Source: Calditrichia bacterium
GTDB lineage: Bacteria; Calditrichota; Calditrichia; RBG-13-44-9
DNA: 17,097 bases
Reading direction: 5' to 3'
Assembly (NCBI GenBank): GCA_037381445.1
Contig: JARRQT010000099.1
Location: forward strand, 1-17,097
Below the pieces are notes generated by a model. It did no database searches. It saw only the letters and a program-made list of their open reading frames with translations, and had not been told where the DNA came from. This document shows positions 16,116 through 17,097 of this stretch, piece by piece (position 1 is the first letter of the stretch; the number at the start of each line of letters is the position of its first letter). Position numbers and translations under genes: made by a program.

Positions 16116-16985
16116 ATGCAGGAACCATTAACTTTATCCCCTCACGATGAGTCTGAAAATTTGAATGGTTGGTGGCGGGTACTGCGGGCCGGAATTGGCT
16201 TGTATCTGGTGGGTTTGATCGTTTTGGTTTTGACCCAGAATCCCAATATTTTCCCTACGGTCGTATTGGTTGGCAGTTTTATGGTACCAGTTACCTATGT
16301 GGCATTTTTCTATGAACGCCGCCATCTAAGCCACCTTACCCTGCCCAATACTGCCATGGGTTTCTTCTGGGGAGGCGTACTGGGCATATTCGCCGCCGCT
16401 CTGCTTGAGCCCCTTTTTATCCAGGGCCTCACCATCTCCGCGTTTTTTACAATCGGGTTTATCGAAGAATTTGTCAAAATATTCGGAGTGCTGGTCATTG
16501 CCCGTAAACTGAGGCACGATTCCGAGTTGAACGGATTGATACTGGGCGCCGCCGCCGGCATGGGATTCGCAGCGCTGGAAAGCACTGGCTATGCGTTCAG
16601 TGCTTTCATGCGAAGCGGCGGCAGTCTGTCCGCAATGGTCGGGGTAACTCTCCTGCGGGGCATTCTGTCGCCAATAGGTCATGGTACCTGGACGGCTATT
16701 CTGGCCGGCGTTCTCTTTCGCGAGAGCATTCCCGGAAGATTCATTATCAATTCCCGGGTGGTGATGGCCTACCTGACAGTCGTGTTTCTGCATGCCATGT
16801 GGGATCTTCTGCCATCTCTGATCACGGCAATGCTCTTACCAGGCCTGGATATTATCATTGGGCAGACCCTCATCGGAGGTATTGGCCTGTTTATTCTATG
16901 GCGCCGCTGGAAGGAGGCCCGTCGCCTGCAAATAGAAAGAATGCTGGCCGAGATGAAAAGCAGAGAGATTTCCGAAAGTGAATAA
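16116..16985 (+). CDS. PrsW-family glutamic intramembrane protease
   Basis: GFIEEFVK (EExxK), GAAAGMGFAALES (FxxxE), GHGTWT (His), FLHAMWD (HxxxD); multiple TM helices. Confidence 0.9.
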   Translation: MQEPLTLSPHDESENLNGWWRVLRAGIGLYLVGLIVLVLTQNPNIFPTVVLVGSFMVPVTYVAFFYERRHLSHLTLPNTAMGFFWGGVLGIFAAALLEPLFIQGLTISAFFTIGFIEEFVKIFGVLVIARKLRHDSELNGLILGAAAGMGFAALESTGYAFSAFMRSGGSLSAMVGVTLLRGILSPIGHGTWTAILAGVLFRESIPGRFIINSRVVMAYLTVVFLHAMWDLLPSLITAMLLPGLDIIIGQTLIGGIGLFILWRRWKEARRLQIERMLAEMKSREISESE

Positions 16986-17023
16986 ACGACCGGGAATTTC
17001 TTTTATTAAGCGAGGAGAAAAAA

Positions 17024-17097
17024 ATGTATCATTGGCTGTTATTGATTCCCATTCTGGCATTACTCTTCTTTCTGCTGCTGCCTTGGCCCATTGCCGC
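17024..17097 (+). CDS. Start of a membrane protein (3'-truncated); N-terminus reminiscent of short NfeD-like proteins
   Basis: SD GAGGAG at 17012-17017, ATG at 17024, open to the window end: MYHWLLLIPILALLFFLLLPWPIA. The family guess is weak. Confidence 0.65.
   Translation, partial: MYHWLLLIPILALLFFLLLPWPIA

Noticed and set aside
142..16981. Numerous short alternative-frame and antisense ORFs in the track (for example 957-1406, 3103-3717, 5467-6000, 8014-8571, 11453-12007)
   Set aside because: They largely overlap confidently assigned + strand genes and show no family motifs.
1..17097. CRISPR array, tRNA/rRNA, IS/transposase, integrase or phage-defence genes
   Set aside because: No regularly spaced repeats, RNA-gene signatures or mobile/defence protein motifs were seen, and the intergenic gaps are short.

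Overview
Bacterial genomic window with 16 co-oriented (+ strand) genes. It opens with the 3' part of an OmpR-family response regulator and its HAMP-HisKA-HATPase sensor kinase. After a ~290 bp intergenic/promoter region comes a long cluster: a sulfide:quinone oxidoreductase-like flavoprotein resembling the archaeal type V (SqrE) enzymes, an MFS transporter, a HAD phosphatase, gnd-zwf-pgl (oxidative pentose phosphate pathway), two tandem ClC proteins (one with a TrkA-C/RCK-C tail, one with a CBS-like tail), DUF1003, an archaeal-type Zn-dependent glucose 1-dehydrogenase, TauE/SafE + DUF1634, a PrsW-family protease, and the start of another membrane protein. The most striking signal is that all three sugar dehydrogenases (Zwf, Gnd, glucose DH) carry an Asp at the end of Rossmann strand beta2 and lack the Arg that binds the NADP 2'-phosphate. 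This suggests an NAD+-rewired glucose-oxidation module clustered with sulfur-redox and anion-transport genes. Other points of note are an in-frame TAA in the apparent N-terminus of the second ClC, a short SD-led ORF before the first ClC, and a TTCAT-N6-TTCAT direct repeat upstream of two genes. Family assignments come from motif recognition and remembered reference sequences; no searches were run. No RNA genes, CRISPR arrays or mobile elements were recognised.
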